DNA from: Neoechinorhynchus agilis
Lineage: Eukaryota; Animalia; Acanthocephala
Assembly (NCBI GenBank): GCA_051530055.1
Contig: CM121343.1
Location: 466,389 to 530,388, forward strand
Direction of reading: 5' to 3'
DNA: 64,000 nt
Both the position numbers and the translations under genes were made by a program. The notes below the pieces were generated by a model that was not told the origin of the DNA, made no database searches, and worked only from the letters and a program-made list of their open reading frames with translations. Positions 1 through 14,147 of the stretch are shown here, in pieces. Numbering within the stretch: position 1 is the first letter of the stretch; each line of letters begins with the position of its first letter.

Positions 1-751
1 TCAGGAATTATTACCTGTATCTTCAACAAAAATCTCTGACGTTTTACTATTCCTAAAGACACGGCTTTCCAGTATATTTTCAGGTTAAAGGATTGTTTCC
101 CATCGTTAGTGGTCTCTTAAATTTTATGCTAGTTATACTTGTAAACTTACAGATTTGGGTCAATAATAAAAAAAGGTGGTATCAATGATTTTTTGACGGA
201 TTGCTAGGTAATTTTTTAAGCGCCCAAATACTCGCGTGGTAACAAATTTTGAGAGATTATTTTGTATTCGTTTCGCATCAACGAAAAGGTATATTTATTA
301 ACAATAAAATTATTTATTAACTTTAATTAACGGGACTTCGTTTTTTGGTTTGCAGAAAACACTTGTATATTTTTCGTTTTTCTTTTATTGAATTAAATCC
401 ATTCCGTAATCAACTTATACAAAGATCATAATGACTTAACCCTGTCTACCGTGGATATTAAGTCACCTATACAAATTCAAAGAACAGAAAGTGTATTGAC
501 TTTTAACCCGAAGTAAATATAATTTTGCAACAGCGAAGAGAGTACATTAAACTTTGATTCTACTTCACTCAAGGTTTAGCTGTTGTTTGACGTTTTATGT
601 ATCATAAATTTTGGGTTTTTATCTTCCATCGTTTTCATATCAAACGCATTAGTAATTGGAATTGCTTAATTCAAGGAACATGCCGAATACAACTTGATCA
701 TTATACTTAGAATTATTGTATAGATCTTCAGCCGGTAAATAAATTTTTATT

Positions 752-788
752 AAAACGTTTCTAACCTCGTCGGGTTCTTCATCAGCTT
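752..788 (-). ncRNA. Minimal type I hammerhead ribozyme motif (family A)
   Basis: Minus strand reads AAG-CTGATGA-A-GAACC-CGACGA-GGTTA-GAAACGT-T-TTA: CUGANGA and GAAA cores, stem II, palindromic ACGU stem III typical of Penelope-associated minimal HHRs; C11.1 is mutated to A. Confidence 0.65.
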
Positions 789-1289
789 ATTAGTTATTAA
801 AAGATGCTACCAACCGGTAAAGACCTAAACAAAAATTCTAATAATATACCCCAGTGCCTCGTCAAATATCGACATTCTTATGCTGATTTTTTACATGTTT
901 TGAGTGATTTCTACGAATTATATGTTGTATTTGGAATTTAAGGGAGCATTGTTCTACCAAGACGATGGCTCCAGTTGTTTGAAGCGACACTCATAAACTC
1001 ACAGTGGTCATAATTATTCATCTTGATTCTGAAAACTGGTTTGACGCCTTCAGATGTACATCTATGGATATCGATGAAAACTGTTGAGATAATTTTTCCC
1101 GCCTTCAAACCGCCATTGTTTACAAAAACCATGCGTGGGTGTGAAAGCACTTTTACTACAGATTTGAAATTATTTACTATATTTACGGTGTACACCGATA
1201 GTTGTGCGTTTGTCTAACCTTAATCGGAATCAAGTTCGTATATAGCATTTGTGAAATCTAAGTACAGACCGTTTTAATTCGAATAATTA

Positions 1290-2000
1290 TCTTTTAAAGT
1301 CTGGCTAGCCGGTTACTTTTTATTACGTGTTAAAGTGAGGCCTTTTTCAAGACTGATAATTTTGTTCCTTGGGCAGACATCCCACCGACATGGTTCAGGG
1401 AAGCGCATAAAGTCACTTAATACCCCGAAGCACACGGCTATGAGTTTTGTACGCATTAATCTGGATTATCAGATACCTCCCGAGGAGGCGGGACTCATCA
1501 GTGAGTTTCCTCTTCCCTTCGGCGGGGTATTGCGTCCCCTTTGTGCGTTATTGGCCTGAATGGATTTGGAACATTTTTTACCCTTAGACAGGGATTTGAG
1601 GCTCATGTCCACTAGACCATCTCGGCACAAATACGGAATGTGCAACAAAATCAGCCAGTTTCTAATTTTGGAACAATTGTTGAATTATTTTCTCTCTAAA
1701 CCTGGTTACTTTTTATTACGTGTTAAAGTGAGGCCTTTTTCGAGGCTGATAATTTTGTTCCTTGGGCACACATCCCACCGACATGGTTCAGGGAAGCGCA
1801 TAAAGTCACTTAATACCCCGAAGCACACGGCTATGAGTTTTGTACGCATTAATCCGGATTCTCAGATACCTCCCGAGGAGGCGGGACTTATTAGAGAGTT
1901 TCCTCTTCCCTTCAACGAGGTATTTCGTCCCCTTTGGTTATGCGTTATTGGCCTTAATAGATTCGGAACTTTTTTGACCCTTAGACAGGGATTCGGAGTT
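1290..2000. repeat. Tandem duplication, ~393 bp unit (about 1.8 copies)
   Basis: ggttactttt...attacgtgttaaagtgaggcc at 1311 and 1704; near-identical ORF translations in both copies. Confidence 0.9.
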
Positions 2001-2541
2001 AGTCTACTGGAATAATTATAAATGACATCGACTAATCTATCATTTTTGTATGTTAAATGGAATTGTGGGTGTGCTCTCATCGAAGTTCTTTAATTTATAA
2101 ATACGTAATCAATTCCGATAAAGTATACTTGAATGCTCTGAAAGCTGAAATTTAACAATACGATATTGCAAAAAAGCTCATTTTGATTGCTTTTCATTAC
2201 TTTCTATTATTATCAATTGCGCAGTTATTTAATATAATAAGATGCATAATGCATAGGCGTGACAATAATTTATTCACTAAAGTATTATGAATGCTTAACA
2301 TTAACAATTAATATAAGGTTTAAAAAGAAATTTTTTAGGGTTGCAGAGAACCCGGCTTAAATCTAATTGAATTAAACAACGATCTGATTGGCTAAATTAC
2401 ACCAATTTTCTGAATAATATAATAGTAAAAAATTTCAAGTTCAACGCCCTTGTTGATGTGATAGAGAAAAAGAGGTGAAAATCATTTGGATAAAAATTTA
2501 ACAATGGCCACTTTTACAGTCACAATTGCACTCTCGCTCAC

Positions 2542-3564
2542 TTACACTTTAAATCGAACTTGAATTTTTCTTCCATTGAATTCCGTTCCATTGAGTTTAT
2601 CGATTGCAATTTGAGCTGTGTCATAATCGGACATTACAACGAAGCAATAACCTTTACAATCATTAGTTCCAAGATTCCTTATGATATCAATCCGATGAAC
2701 TTGCCCGAAATGTTCGAACATTTCCCTAATTTCGTGTTCATCAGGAGAGGATCCAATACCATAGACATAGATTATATATCCTCCAGTGACCGGGTCAATT
2801 GAGTTGATCATTTTGTCCATGATTGTCGAAAGGTTTGTTGGTTCGTCAGGTCCGTCACTGTTCCCGCATAATCTTCCATATGGATTGAACCTAATTGAGT
2901 GTCCTTCCTGCTGAACTAAAGGATTAATGATTTTGCGAATGTGTCCAATCATATTTGATTGCTGTTGCATGTATTTAAGTGGAATCTTTTTCCTTTTTCC
3001 CTCCTCGTCCGCAAATTTAACTAAAAGTGGAGTGTGTCCACCGTCCATAATTGTACCATTAAGTTCTTTTATGGCGGCTTCGGCGTTTGAACGCAGCGCC
3101 ATTATAACAAAAGCTATTCCCTTGGGCATTCCAGTGCGTAGGTCATTTATTAGCCGTGATTGAACAACTTCACCGAATCGTTGAAACATTTCCCGAAGAC
3201 TTTTATCAGTGATTTTTCGAGGCAAATTCGAAACGTAAATGTTAGTACCGCGGGTTTGTTCGGATCTCGGTCGCGAGTATGCTACTTTAAGGGTTTTCCC
3301 TTCAACATAATAACCATTAAGTTCCTCTATAGCTTGAGACGCGTGAATTTCATCCTCATATTCGACAAATCCATAACCGTAGCTATAACCTAAATATCAA
3401 ATAGTCAATCTCACGTACGCTCCTTAAATCAATAACAAACCCGTCGCTTTATCGTACATTAGTCTACATGAGTGTATAGGGCCGATTTGCCTAAACATTT
3501 TGTACAACTTCTTTTCGTCCATTGATTGAGGCAAATAATTGATTATGAGACACTTGCGATCCAT
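2542..3564 (-). CDS. elav: ELAV/Hu/Sex-lethal family RNA-binding protein, three RRMs; one ~51 nt GT-AG intron at ~3391-3441
   Basis: Spliced reading MDRKCLIINYLPQSMDEKKLYKMFRQIGPIHSCRLMYDKATG|YSYGYGFVEY...GTNIYVSNLPRKIT...KGIAFV...RRM3 IYVYGI/KGYCFVVM matches ELAV-family architecture; start codon assignment uncertain. Confidence 0.9.
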
Positions 3565-3947
3565 GATATACACACCGACAAAGCCTTAAAGTACTTGAAA
3601 TTATTGATATATCCTCGTTGGGCGAAAATGCCAACTGCATTTCGGTAGTCACCATATCGGCGACCCCAATATAGCGCTCCATCCTCCAGAAATAACAAAA
3701 ATCTTCAAAATAAAACACTAAAAAAGAACGAAAACGTCAGCTTTCCCATGAAGGCGGAGCATCTATGCAAAACAACTCAAACTCACCTTTTTAGCACTTA
3801 ACAGATAGAAAAACGAATGTTAGCGGTTCAGAATCTACAATGCAAACATTGCGATCAGGATTATGACCGAGATTCGATGCGAATTCTTTCGCAATGACAC
3901 GTGAGCACACTTTACAACCAATCGGATTATAGGATAAAAAATCTTTT

Positions 3948-4258
3948 GAACTGATGATGAACCCGACGAGGTTCGCAGAACGTCTTTAATAAATAATCAT
4001 TTACCGCGGGTGTAGACTTCTATACACAATAAGTCCGATATAGAGATTGACTTCAAAGAAATTAATCTCTATATCATCAAACAAAAAATATCCATGAACT
4101 CCTTTATAACTGGGATTTATGTCCGAAAATTAGAAGCAAATCACGTTAAAATACCTACAACGATTTTGTTCGATATTTACAAGCATTATTTCGATTAAAG
4201 ACGTTTTGCGAACCTCGTCGAACTGATGATGAACCGGACGATGTTCGCAGAACGTCTT
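3948..4258 (+). repeat. Two degenerate family-A hammerhead repeat copies (3951-3984, 4223-4256)
   Basis: ctgatgatgaacc(c/g)gacga(g/t)gttcgcagaacgtc; GAAAC core mutated to GCAGAAC; downstream flank recurs inverted at ~45905-45965. Confidence 0.7.
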
Positions 4259-4818
4259 CAATAGATATAATTATATACTCCGTTACTTCTTCGCATACGG
4301 ACATTTAAAATAAGAAGCTCAAAAGTACGAACTATATTGATGGTAGAACGTCTTTCATTTCTAAAGTCATCCATGAGTTTCCGGCCGTAACGGTGTAAAT
4401 TCTCAAGGGACGCGAAATTCACAGTTGTTTTGATGGTAATTACTTTGGGTTCATGTTAGGTTCATAAAAAGAATAACAAAGGAATTGAACAAAAGCGGGC
4501 AGCAATTCCCCGGCGACATATACATGATCCCTTTGCAATCAATTTGGAATATGTTTAATCACCAATGAGACTTCGCAGTCCCAGCCAATACTACCCATTA
4601 ATATTAACTAAATAATCGATTAATTCTTCTTGTTGCTGAAGTGCCATAAACAATAAGTTCTTTAATTAGATCCATCATAAGATTAAATGAACTTTTATTC
4701 ATGTGCTCATTAGTCGATCAATGGCTTGTAATGAACTTGCGTATTTACAAAGAGATAACCACTTAAATTTTCCATTTAAAAGTGAATAAGCCGTCCCCCA
4801 ATAACCACTAAAACTGTT

Positions 4819-5260
4819 TTAAATAGGAGTAGAATGACAGCACATTTCAACCAAGGATTCTACTAAGCTGATCACCTCGGAAAACACAAGGTTATCGCCA
4901 ATTTGCTTTGTAAAGATCATCAATGAGTCAACTTCGGTTTTTCTTAGGTTTATCCAGTGGCCTTTCGTTAGGGAAATAATCACCTCAAATCTCTCATCAT
5001 TTCTGCCCAAGTGTTCGGAGCGTTAACGATTGTGGACTAGGAATAACATACCTAGAACACATCACTTCTGAAGCCTCTAGAAAAACTTCATCGAGTTTAG
5101 GATCCGTGCTGGTCACAATTACATCATTTGATTTGAAATTCTTATATATAACAGTTGTGCACATGAGTGATAAATAACTAAAGCGACGCTACGGTGGTTT
5201 GGCGTGAATATTGGCCAACACTTACGTTGAAAATATTTTCACCGGAAAAGTATTATCGTA
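4819..5260 (-). CDS. Possible exons of an unrecognised gene
   Basis: Open frames YLSLMCTTVIYKNF...MCSR and NDERFEVIISL...STPI joinable by a GTATGT...GCAG intron; no motif recognised. Confidence 0.2.
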
Positions 5261-6000
5261 GCAAGACAATGTTTGAAATTCTGTGCATGCAATACTGCTC
5301 AAAGACGTATTAATCGCTTCTGAATAATCTAGTAAAAAGATGGGCACTTAGAACGACCCCATGGAACTAAATTTAAAATGGTTCCTTTTCGCAACAAGGC
5401 GGCATTTCATGCCCGCCCATTCATAAAAGTTCAATATTCAAACATCAAACACAGTAATTGATAACACGCTAAAAATGGTGAATGTACACTTTATGAGATG
5501 TTTGGTCACTATCGTCATCAAATCCATTTTTAATGGTGATCAATACTAGAAGCAAAAAGTAGTGTATTCGTTGATATACAATCAGTGACGAAACACAAAT
5601 AAAATTCCGTTGACAATAGAAATAATATTTTTAAATATTCAAAGTATGAATGATCATAAATTTACGCACAGAGACAATTTTAATACCTACGAATCGCCAC
5701 ATTAAATAAATACATGGCAATAAATGATTATCGCAGTTCTAAAAATTAGATCAATAGCTTTATGCTTTTCTATGTGTGACAAGTGCCTCCCAAAAAACAG
5801 CTTCTATGTACTTCACCATCTCTAACTAATAAAAATCGATTCGTTGAAATATTTCCCTGCAGAACTATCTTCCGAATCATCAAAAATTATGAAGAAGGCT
5901 GAACGCCTTTTAGTGGTGCTAAATATTTGAATGATTAAATTCTAAATACTTGTAGGGACTAATTTCGAGAGTGTGGGCATTTGAAGTATCACAATCGACG

Positions 6001-8281
6001 TTAAAGTGATTTTGAAATTAACGCGTTAAAAAACGGTATTTTGCTATATGTATTTTATTTAGACTTTTACGAGTTGATTTTTTCGTGGTATTAGGGCGCA
6101 ACGGAATAGAAATACCCCCTTAGATTGTTAAGTAATACTGTTTAAAGTGCACTGGCACTCAAAAGTACTTAATATAAACAAAGAAATACGCAACTTTTAT
6201 CATTCATTAATGCCCCTAAATATTATAGAATTGCAAGACTAACAAAAATTAATTACGTTTTATAGCAATATTCGCGGTAAGCAAAAATGCTGCACACCAA
6301 TTATTAATGTCGATTGTTGACTTTATGTTCTATAAAACTGAATCAAACACATTGGGGAACTAACAAACTAACGATGAACCCGACGAGGTTCGAAACGCCT
6401 TTAATAAACTCTTAAGATCTAAATAACACTTCCAATTAGGAGGATTTTTTGCAATTTTTTTTGTATTTGCCGGAAATAACAAGGATCTCTTTTTAGTGAG
6501 GCTCTTCAACTCCTGAGGGATCCGAAGCGACGCCTTAAGTTATAACCAGTGATGCAAATTCAGGTCAATATCTGGTTCAAAATATCAGCATCGCCGTGTT
6601 GAGAGGCAACACTGCAAGCATTCGGGCGACAATTGAGGACGAGTACGGCGGATAATTATGTTTATATCTTCAAAATAGAGAAATTGGGAACGAAAAAAAT
6701 CTTGACTTTGTTTCGTTCTATTCTGTTACGTTACATGTTTATGTTACTGCTTCAAATTAGGATTTTCCTAAGGTCTCGTCTCGAAAAATTGTTAAATCTT
6801 TACATGACTTGAATAAGTGTTAATTTTTTAAAGATTTATTTGGCAGATAAATAGAAGTGAACTTGGAGTTAGGTTAGTTGCTAGTGCATGCTTATACGGA
6901 TCGAGTTATTAGGCAATTATAATCAAAAACAATCGACTTTGCTGGACGAGTGAACGTATTTTTTGGTGGTTACTGTCAGGTGATTTTTAATTTCGGGTAC
7001 CAATACGGGCGATTGGCTCTCGGCTTATTCAAGTTTTGTGCTTAGTTCCACAAACCACGTTCGTCATTTGTCAAAAGTCACTGCGAAACCACCACTCGAA
7101 ATGCGCTCGCTCCTTCAAAAAATGCCGATAGTTTTTTATTTAAAAAATTATGGCAACAGTTACATTAAAATAATCGAATTCAGAAAATAATTATCCAATT
7201 AGAAATGAGATCAACGTCAACAAACGGTTTAAACAAATGTTTCATAAAAATTTTGAGGTATTTGCATTGGAATATAATTGGACGAAAGCCCAAACCGAAA
7301 ATTTTACTAGTTGGTTGAAAATAAAAAATATATAGAGCATCAAAAATTTGTTACTGCCTCAATCCCATTATACAACAAATCGATCCGTATAAGCATGCAC
7401 TAGCAACTGACCTAACTCCAAGTTCACTTCTATTTATCTGCCAAATAAATCTTAAAAAATTAACACTTATTCAAGTCATGTAAAGATATGACAATTTTTT
7501 GAGATGAGACCTTAGGAAAATCCTAATTTGAAGCAGTAACATAAACATGTAACGTAACAGAATAGAACGAAACAAAGTCAAGATTTTTTTCGTTCCCAAT
7601 TTCTCTATTTTGAAGATATAAACATAATTATTCGCCGTCCTCGTCCTCAATTGTCGCCCGAATGCTTGCAGTGTTGCCTCTCAACACGGCGATGCTGATA
7701 TTTTGAACCAGGTATTGACCTGAATTTGCATCACTGGTTATAACTTAAGGCGTCGCTTCGGATCCCTCAGGAGTTGAAGAGCCTCACTAAAAAGAGATCC
7801 TTGTTATTTCCGGCAAATACAAAAAAATTGCAAAAAATCCTCCTAATTGGAAGTGTTATTTAGATCTTAAGAGTTTATTAAAGGCGTTTCGAACCTCGTC
7901 GGGTTCATCGTTAGTTTGTTAGTTCCCCAATGTGTTTGATTCAGTTTTATAGAACATAAAGTCAACAATCGACATTAATAATTGGTGTGCAGCATTTTTG
8001 CTTACCGCGAATATTGCTATAAAACGTAATTAATTTTTGTTAGTCTTGCAATTCTATAATATTTAGGGGCATTAATGAATGATAAAAGTTGCGTATTTCT
8101 TTGTTTATATTAAGTACTTTTGAGTGCCAGTGCACTTTAAACAGTATTACTTAACAATCTAAGGGGGCATTTCTATTCCGTTGCGCCCTAATACCACGAA
8201 AAAATCAACTCGTAAAAGTCTAAATAAAATACATATAGCAAAATACCGTTTTTTAACGCGTTAATTTCAAAATCACTTTAA
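6001..8281. repeat. Long inverted repeat: arms 6001-6904 and 7380-8281 (~900 bp, near-identical), ~475 bp spacer
   Basis: Reverse-complement match followed from ttaaagtgattttgaaatt/aatttcaaaatcactttaa to cttatacggatcga/tcgatccgtataag, with only scattered substitutions. Confidence 0.95.
6510..6660 (+). mobile_element. 3' fragment of CRE-like (REL endonuclease) non-LTR retrotransposon; mirrored at ~7625-7775 (-)
   Basis: Translates VITSDANSGQYLVQNISIAVLRGNTASIRATI, matching the C-terminal RISIAVQRGNA motif of CRE/REL elements and the fragment at 28719-29144. Confidence 0.7.
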
Positions 8282-8298
8282 AATCATTAGCAAACACA

Positions 8299-9907
8299 TC
8301 ATTTCCGAATTCTCACATTTACATTTGTGTAAAATGACTTCAACGTGGGATCACACAATTGTAAAAAATATTCAAAACGATGGAATATTGATGTATGCGA
8401 CAACCAAGCGTGGTTTAATGCTATTAAACTTACAAAATTGCATTGCGGGAAAAGGTATAACAAGAACCGAATAAAATTAGCTGCTGTAATCGAAAACCAC
8501 AATGATAATTTTTCTATTGCTAATGTAAAACTGCACAGTATTAAAACAATACGGCGTATGTTACAATCATTCAATTGCTCTAAAATTTCATACCTTTTTC
8601 TGATAAAAATAGTGTAATGTTGAAAGCATCGAATTTGAGTTGCTTAATTCTGAATCTCTGAGAGTGAATATAAACATGTAACGGAAATCCAAGTTCAAAT
8701 TTCTCGGCGATGCCTTCCATGTCACCGTTAGTGCCGTTACAAAATAGCTTGATAATCAAAGTGACGGTTTTTATATCCTCATCCTCCAGGTCGGACCAAA
8801 TTAATTTTTCTCCTAAATAAATATAGGAATATGCAATGCATTGACATAGATTCTTCAATCGCGCATTCAGAGCTTCGCATTGCAGCCGGATATCGAGTCC
8901 ATAATCCACCTTATCAGCTTGTATGAGGTATTTGGCAACATTTTTAGAATATATATCAAACTTGTTTGTAAGCGCTTCTAAATACTATCGACAAGAGTAG
9001 GATATTATATCTTTTAAGATTTCAACTGACGGTGTCAAAATGGTGTTTAAGGACACATTTAATTGTATTACCTCCAGCATCACAAATACTTCCATGAAGA
9101 AACTAATCACTATATCATATCGAGAGAAAATCCATCGGGATGGTAAATTTTAACTTGTGGTGAATGTACTCGCCCGGTTAAAAATCATTTTATTATTAGG
9201 AAATATTTTGAAAGAGGAAACCTCGTCTCATCAATCATTGTAAACTGTTTCGATATAAGAGAGAAAGAGGTTATATTTCGCAGAATGGTTTCTAACAGGG
9301 ATTATCTTCACCACAAGTCAAAACATAATCACTATATTTACCAAAAGATGAAATAAAAATTCATACCTTGAATATAATATAGGAGAATTTAATAACAAAT
9401 TCTCCAAAAGCAAAGCACAGTTTTGATTGTTGGTCAGCATATTGCTTGGATTCATGTGTAAAACGCCGAGCCGGAACTCGCTAGAAAAAAAACTGCGAAT
9501 TAAAAATCGATCGATGACAACGTATGATAAGACTAATTTACCATTGCAAACCATATATTATTTTCGACCTCGAGGAAGAACGTTCGAAATTTGAGTGTAT
9601 CAAAGAATTGACATTCGGTACAGCCCGTCAAATTTCTGTCTGCGGAATATTTTGATGTGAGAACAGCCAAATACACTACATACCTTGAAAGTGCAATTAA
9701 CGCTTTGTTTCCTCCAATTTCTAAAGCCACTTCATCAGTGGTAAGATTAGTTGGATGACTGTAAATAACAGAATCACTGCGATTTGTATTCTGAAAAGTT
9801 AATGCAATCTCATTTGTACCAGAAGAGATGTAACCAACTAATTCCCTTGAACTTACGTGAAATATTAAAAAACTGCTAATCCACGACATGGTCAATAAAA
9901 TCTTCAA
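8299..9907 (-). CDS. Hypothetical multi-exon secreted/membrane protein
   Basis: Signal-peptide-like N-terminus (MKILLTMSWISSFLIFHVSS), long open exons at 9533-9907 and ~8590-8980 with GTAAAT/GTATGA donors, hydrophobic 3' ORF; exon chain not fully resolved. Confidence 0.45.
9115..9330. mobile_element. Dispersed repeat with degenerate family-B hammerhead and internal inverted repeat; paralog at 16806-17020
   Basis: tcatatcgagagaaaatccatcgggatggtaaattttaacttgtggtgaat shared with 16806; inverted ends ttttaacttgtggtgaa/ttcaccacaagtcaaaa; gaaagaggaaacctcgtctcatcaatcattg is the reverse complement of a mutated HHR. Confidence 0.75.
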
Positions 9908-10648
9908 TTAGAACGACATTGGTAAGTAACATATCAAAGCCCCAATGTCCATTGCATCGAAAACAAGCACTTTGGTTCATGCTCAACCACCATGTAGTAT
10001 TCAGCCTAAAAAGATCAAATGCATTGAGAGCAAAAGCTCATGTGACATTGTGATCAAAATATAGGCAAATTGATAAAAATACTTTGAACAAAGTTAAAAA
10101 CGAATTTAAAAAAATCAAAAAAGCATCTAACGGGCAATTACCAAAGATCCATTTTAAACACAAGCATCGATTCTACACAGCAACGAGTACACATTAAAAC
10201 GAACAGTTTTCATTTGCGTTAAGCTAACCGAAAAAAAATCCGAATCGATTTTTCGTTGAAAATATTTGACATCAGCCATTTTAATGAAGCGGATTTCGGA
10301 CACGCGAAAATTTTAATTGCCGTATTATTAACAAAACGTGGGTTATTTAGACAACGCATGCAAACATGTTAACGGTTTCATCTCAAAGCCAATGTTTACA
10401 ATTTGTGTAAGATTTCAACGGACTGTCAGGAGCAATTCAGCTATAGATTTTATTAAGTTTTCGCTTGAATCAATCGTCGTCCACAATGGATGACCATTTC
10501 GGCTATAGGGAATTTTTTGGATTATTAACTTTCGGGAGAAAAGATACTTTCTTTTGTTAGTTTTGCCACTTCGGATTCAAAAACTCACTCACTAAATTCC
10601 GATATCAAACGAAAAGCTTCTTAAATTTCTTAAATCGAAACGATTCAC

Positions 10649-11945
<1,297 letters not shown>

Positions 11946-12458
11946 CTTCCAACGAAGACAGCAATCCAAGGCATTAAAAGATTTCGTAGTAGAATTGAAT
12001 GCCGCGTGGACCCCATTGCTTTAATGACTGCTCCCGAAAAAGTAGCCGAATCCGTCGCGATTTGTGATTCTTGTCAAAAAAGACGAATAAAGATGAACAA
12101 AACAATTCGATTAAGGACACTGCATTGGCGAGGATGCTCCCATCACTGATGATTTTTTGTGAGCATTAAAAATTAAAGAATTCGTTATGAGTTTACACAA
12201 TACTTTCGCGGTAACGCGGTGAACGGAACGAGCGATCAACCACGGGAAACATAATCGCGAGTGCTGATTTTTAGTGCCAGTTCTGTGATGTTCGGTGTCC
12301 ACGAATCTTGGAGACAGTTAAAGTTTAAAAAAGTCCACTAGTCATCATGGCGAGGTGTATCCTCAATGTCAAATGACACGCCTTTTCAACTAGTTTTACC
12401 GTTTGAAGCTCTGAAACATTTCAGCGGTAGTTATAGATCAACTTGGCGTTTTTTTCTC

Positions 12459-13625
12459 TATACGGCGAGTTTTTCCTTCCTCGAGATTTATTTGTAAACA
12501 TTCAAATTTTCGGGGCCGTAGAAAACCTACAAGCAATGCTTGATAAGGAGGTTGAGGCCTCGAAAATTTGAATGTTTACAAATAAATCTCGAGGAGGGAA
12601 AAACTCGCCGTATATAGCGAAAATGAGCCGAACCCCTCGAAAGAAAAACTCGATCGAACTTGTCGTTTTGTTGAAGAAAAGCAAAAATAAAGTATTTTGG
12701 TAATTATATCAACCCGAGATTTAAAAAAGATTAAACTGTTCGTAAATAGGTTTGTTTTCTGGTGAGTAGAAAAATCTATTGAATCCGATTGGTTTCGGCG
12801 AGACACAATCTTGTGAACGCCTTTCGATCAAGATAAATAAGTGAATTCCTTATTTAAAAACTTACACGCAACCTTGATAAACGCCTTCACAAAATTGTGC
12901 CTCGCCGAAACCAATCGGATTCAATAAATAAAATCATTTTAATTTTTCTACGCACTAGAAAACAACTACTAATTTCCGATATTCCTCGTCGGATAATTCC
13001 GATATTTTCCGAAGGTTCGTCATTTTTTGTAAGGTTCACATATTTGAAAACTTACAAGCAATGACAAACCTTTGGGAATTTTCCGAATTATTTGAAGTGA
13101 AATATTGGAAATTAGCGAATTTTTTAATCCGAGCGATCTTTTCCCCGAAGATAATAATTCAAGAAATCAAGTATTATTGATGCATGCCGCCTAGTTTGAT
13201 CCACACGCAACAGTTGAAGGCAGCGAGTTTTATTGATTTGAAATATTTCGAAAGAGGAAGCCTCATCTGTCATTGTAAATTAATCTAATCGGGACGGATC
13301 TAGTCGATTAGATTAATTTACAATGACGGATGAGGCTTCCTCTTTCGAAATATCTCCATAAAATATGTACAATTCCAATTTGATCGAAGGATTCGATATC
13401 GTAATGGAATGATTCGTTCCAAGGGCGGCAATGATTTTTTCATGAGTCAAACTATTTATATGCTCGCTCGTCTTTAAAGTTTCAAAATTAAAAAATGTTT
13501 GCTTTTTAGTTTTTTCCTTTTTTTTGGTATGAAGCAACACCGATCTCTTACATAAGTGATTGAATCACTTCTCTGATATAAGAGATCGGTGTGGTTTCAT
13601 GCCAAAAAAAGAAAAACTAAAAAGC
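12459..13625. repeat. Cluster of MITE-like hairpins (12459-12614, 12777-12926, ~12970-13110, 13240-13356, 13501-13625)
   Basis: Each has 40-58 bp reverse-complement arms read directly, e.g. tatacggcgagtttttcc.../...ggaaaaactcgccgtata and gctttttagttttt.../...aaaaactaaaaagc. Confidence 0.85.
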
Positions 13626-14147
13626 CGAAGAAGGGGGATGTTCTAAATCAGAATCAATAGAACCGGTTTGTCATTTAAAAATGCAGTGGCATAGCATGAA
13701 CGGACATCATCATGATATTCTAGATAATCCTTTATTTTCGTGCAATTGGCTTCAAAATCGGAACAATTTTTTTTTTAAAAAAAAGGTTTGTATTTCCAAT
13801 CGCGAATTTTTAGGCGTACGCGCGTTTGTTTTAATTCAAACGATTTATTCGAATAGTATTTCCCTTCTCGGTAACAATTCTTCTTATTACGCAATTGTCC
13901 GAAATCAAACGTAGAAGTCACAAGAAGCTGTTATTCTGCAAACGTTTGCAATATATCGCGATAAGTAACATGGTCGACGGTCGAATTTAATGTAGGCGAC
14001 TGCTTATTAAGTCCGTCATCCACCACGGACTTGCGAATTGCAACACTTTCCCCCCCCCGTAGATTTCTGATTTGGCATCATCATCATGTGAACTTTAAGC
14101 AATCCCAAAAAATCTAATGATGAGTTTTAGACTTCACAGTCTGAATA

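Noticed and set aside
1480-1510. CTGATGAGTCCC on minus strand as a hammerhead
   Set aside because: No GAAA core after stem II; the second tandem copy lacks even CTGATGA
12335-12345. CTAG-T as a possible Helitron 3' end
   Set aside because: No GC-rich hairpin just upstream and no matching 5' TC end identified
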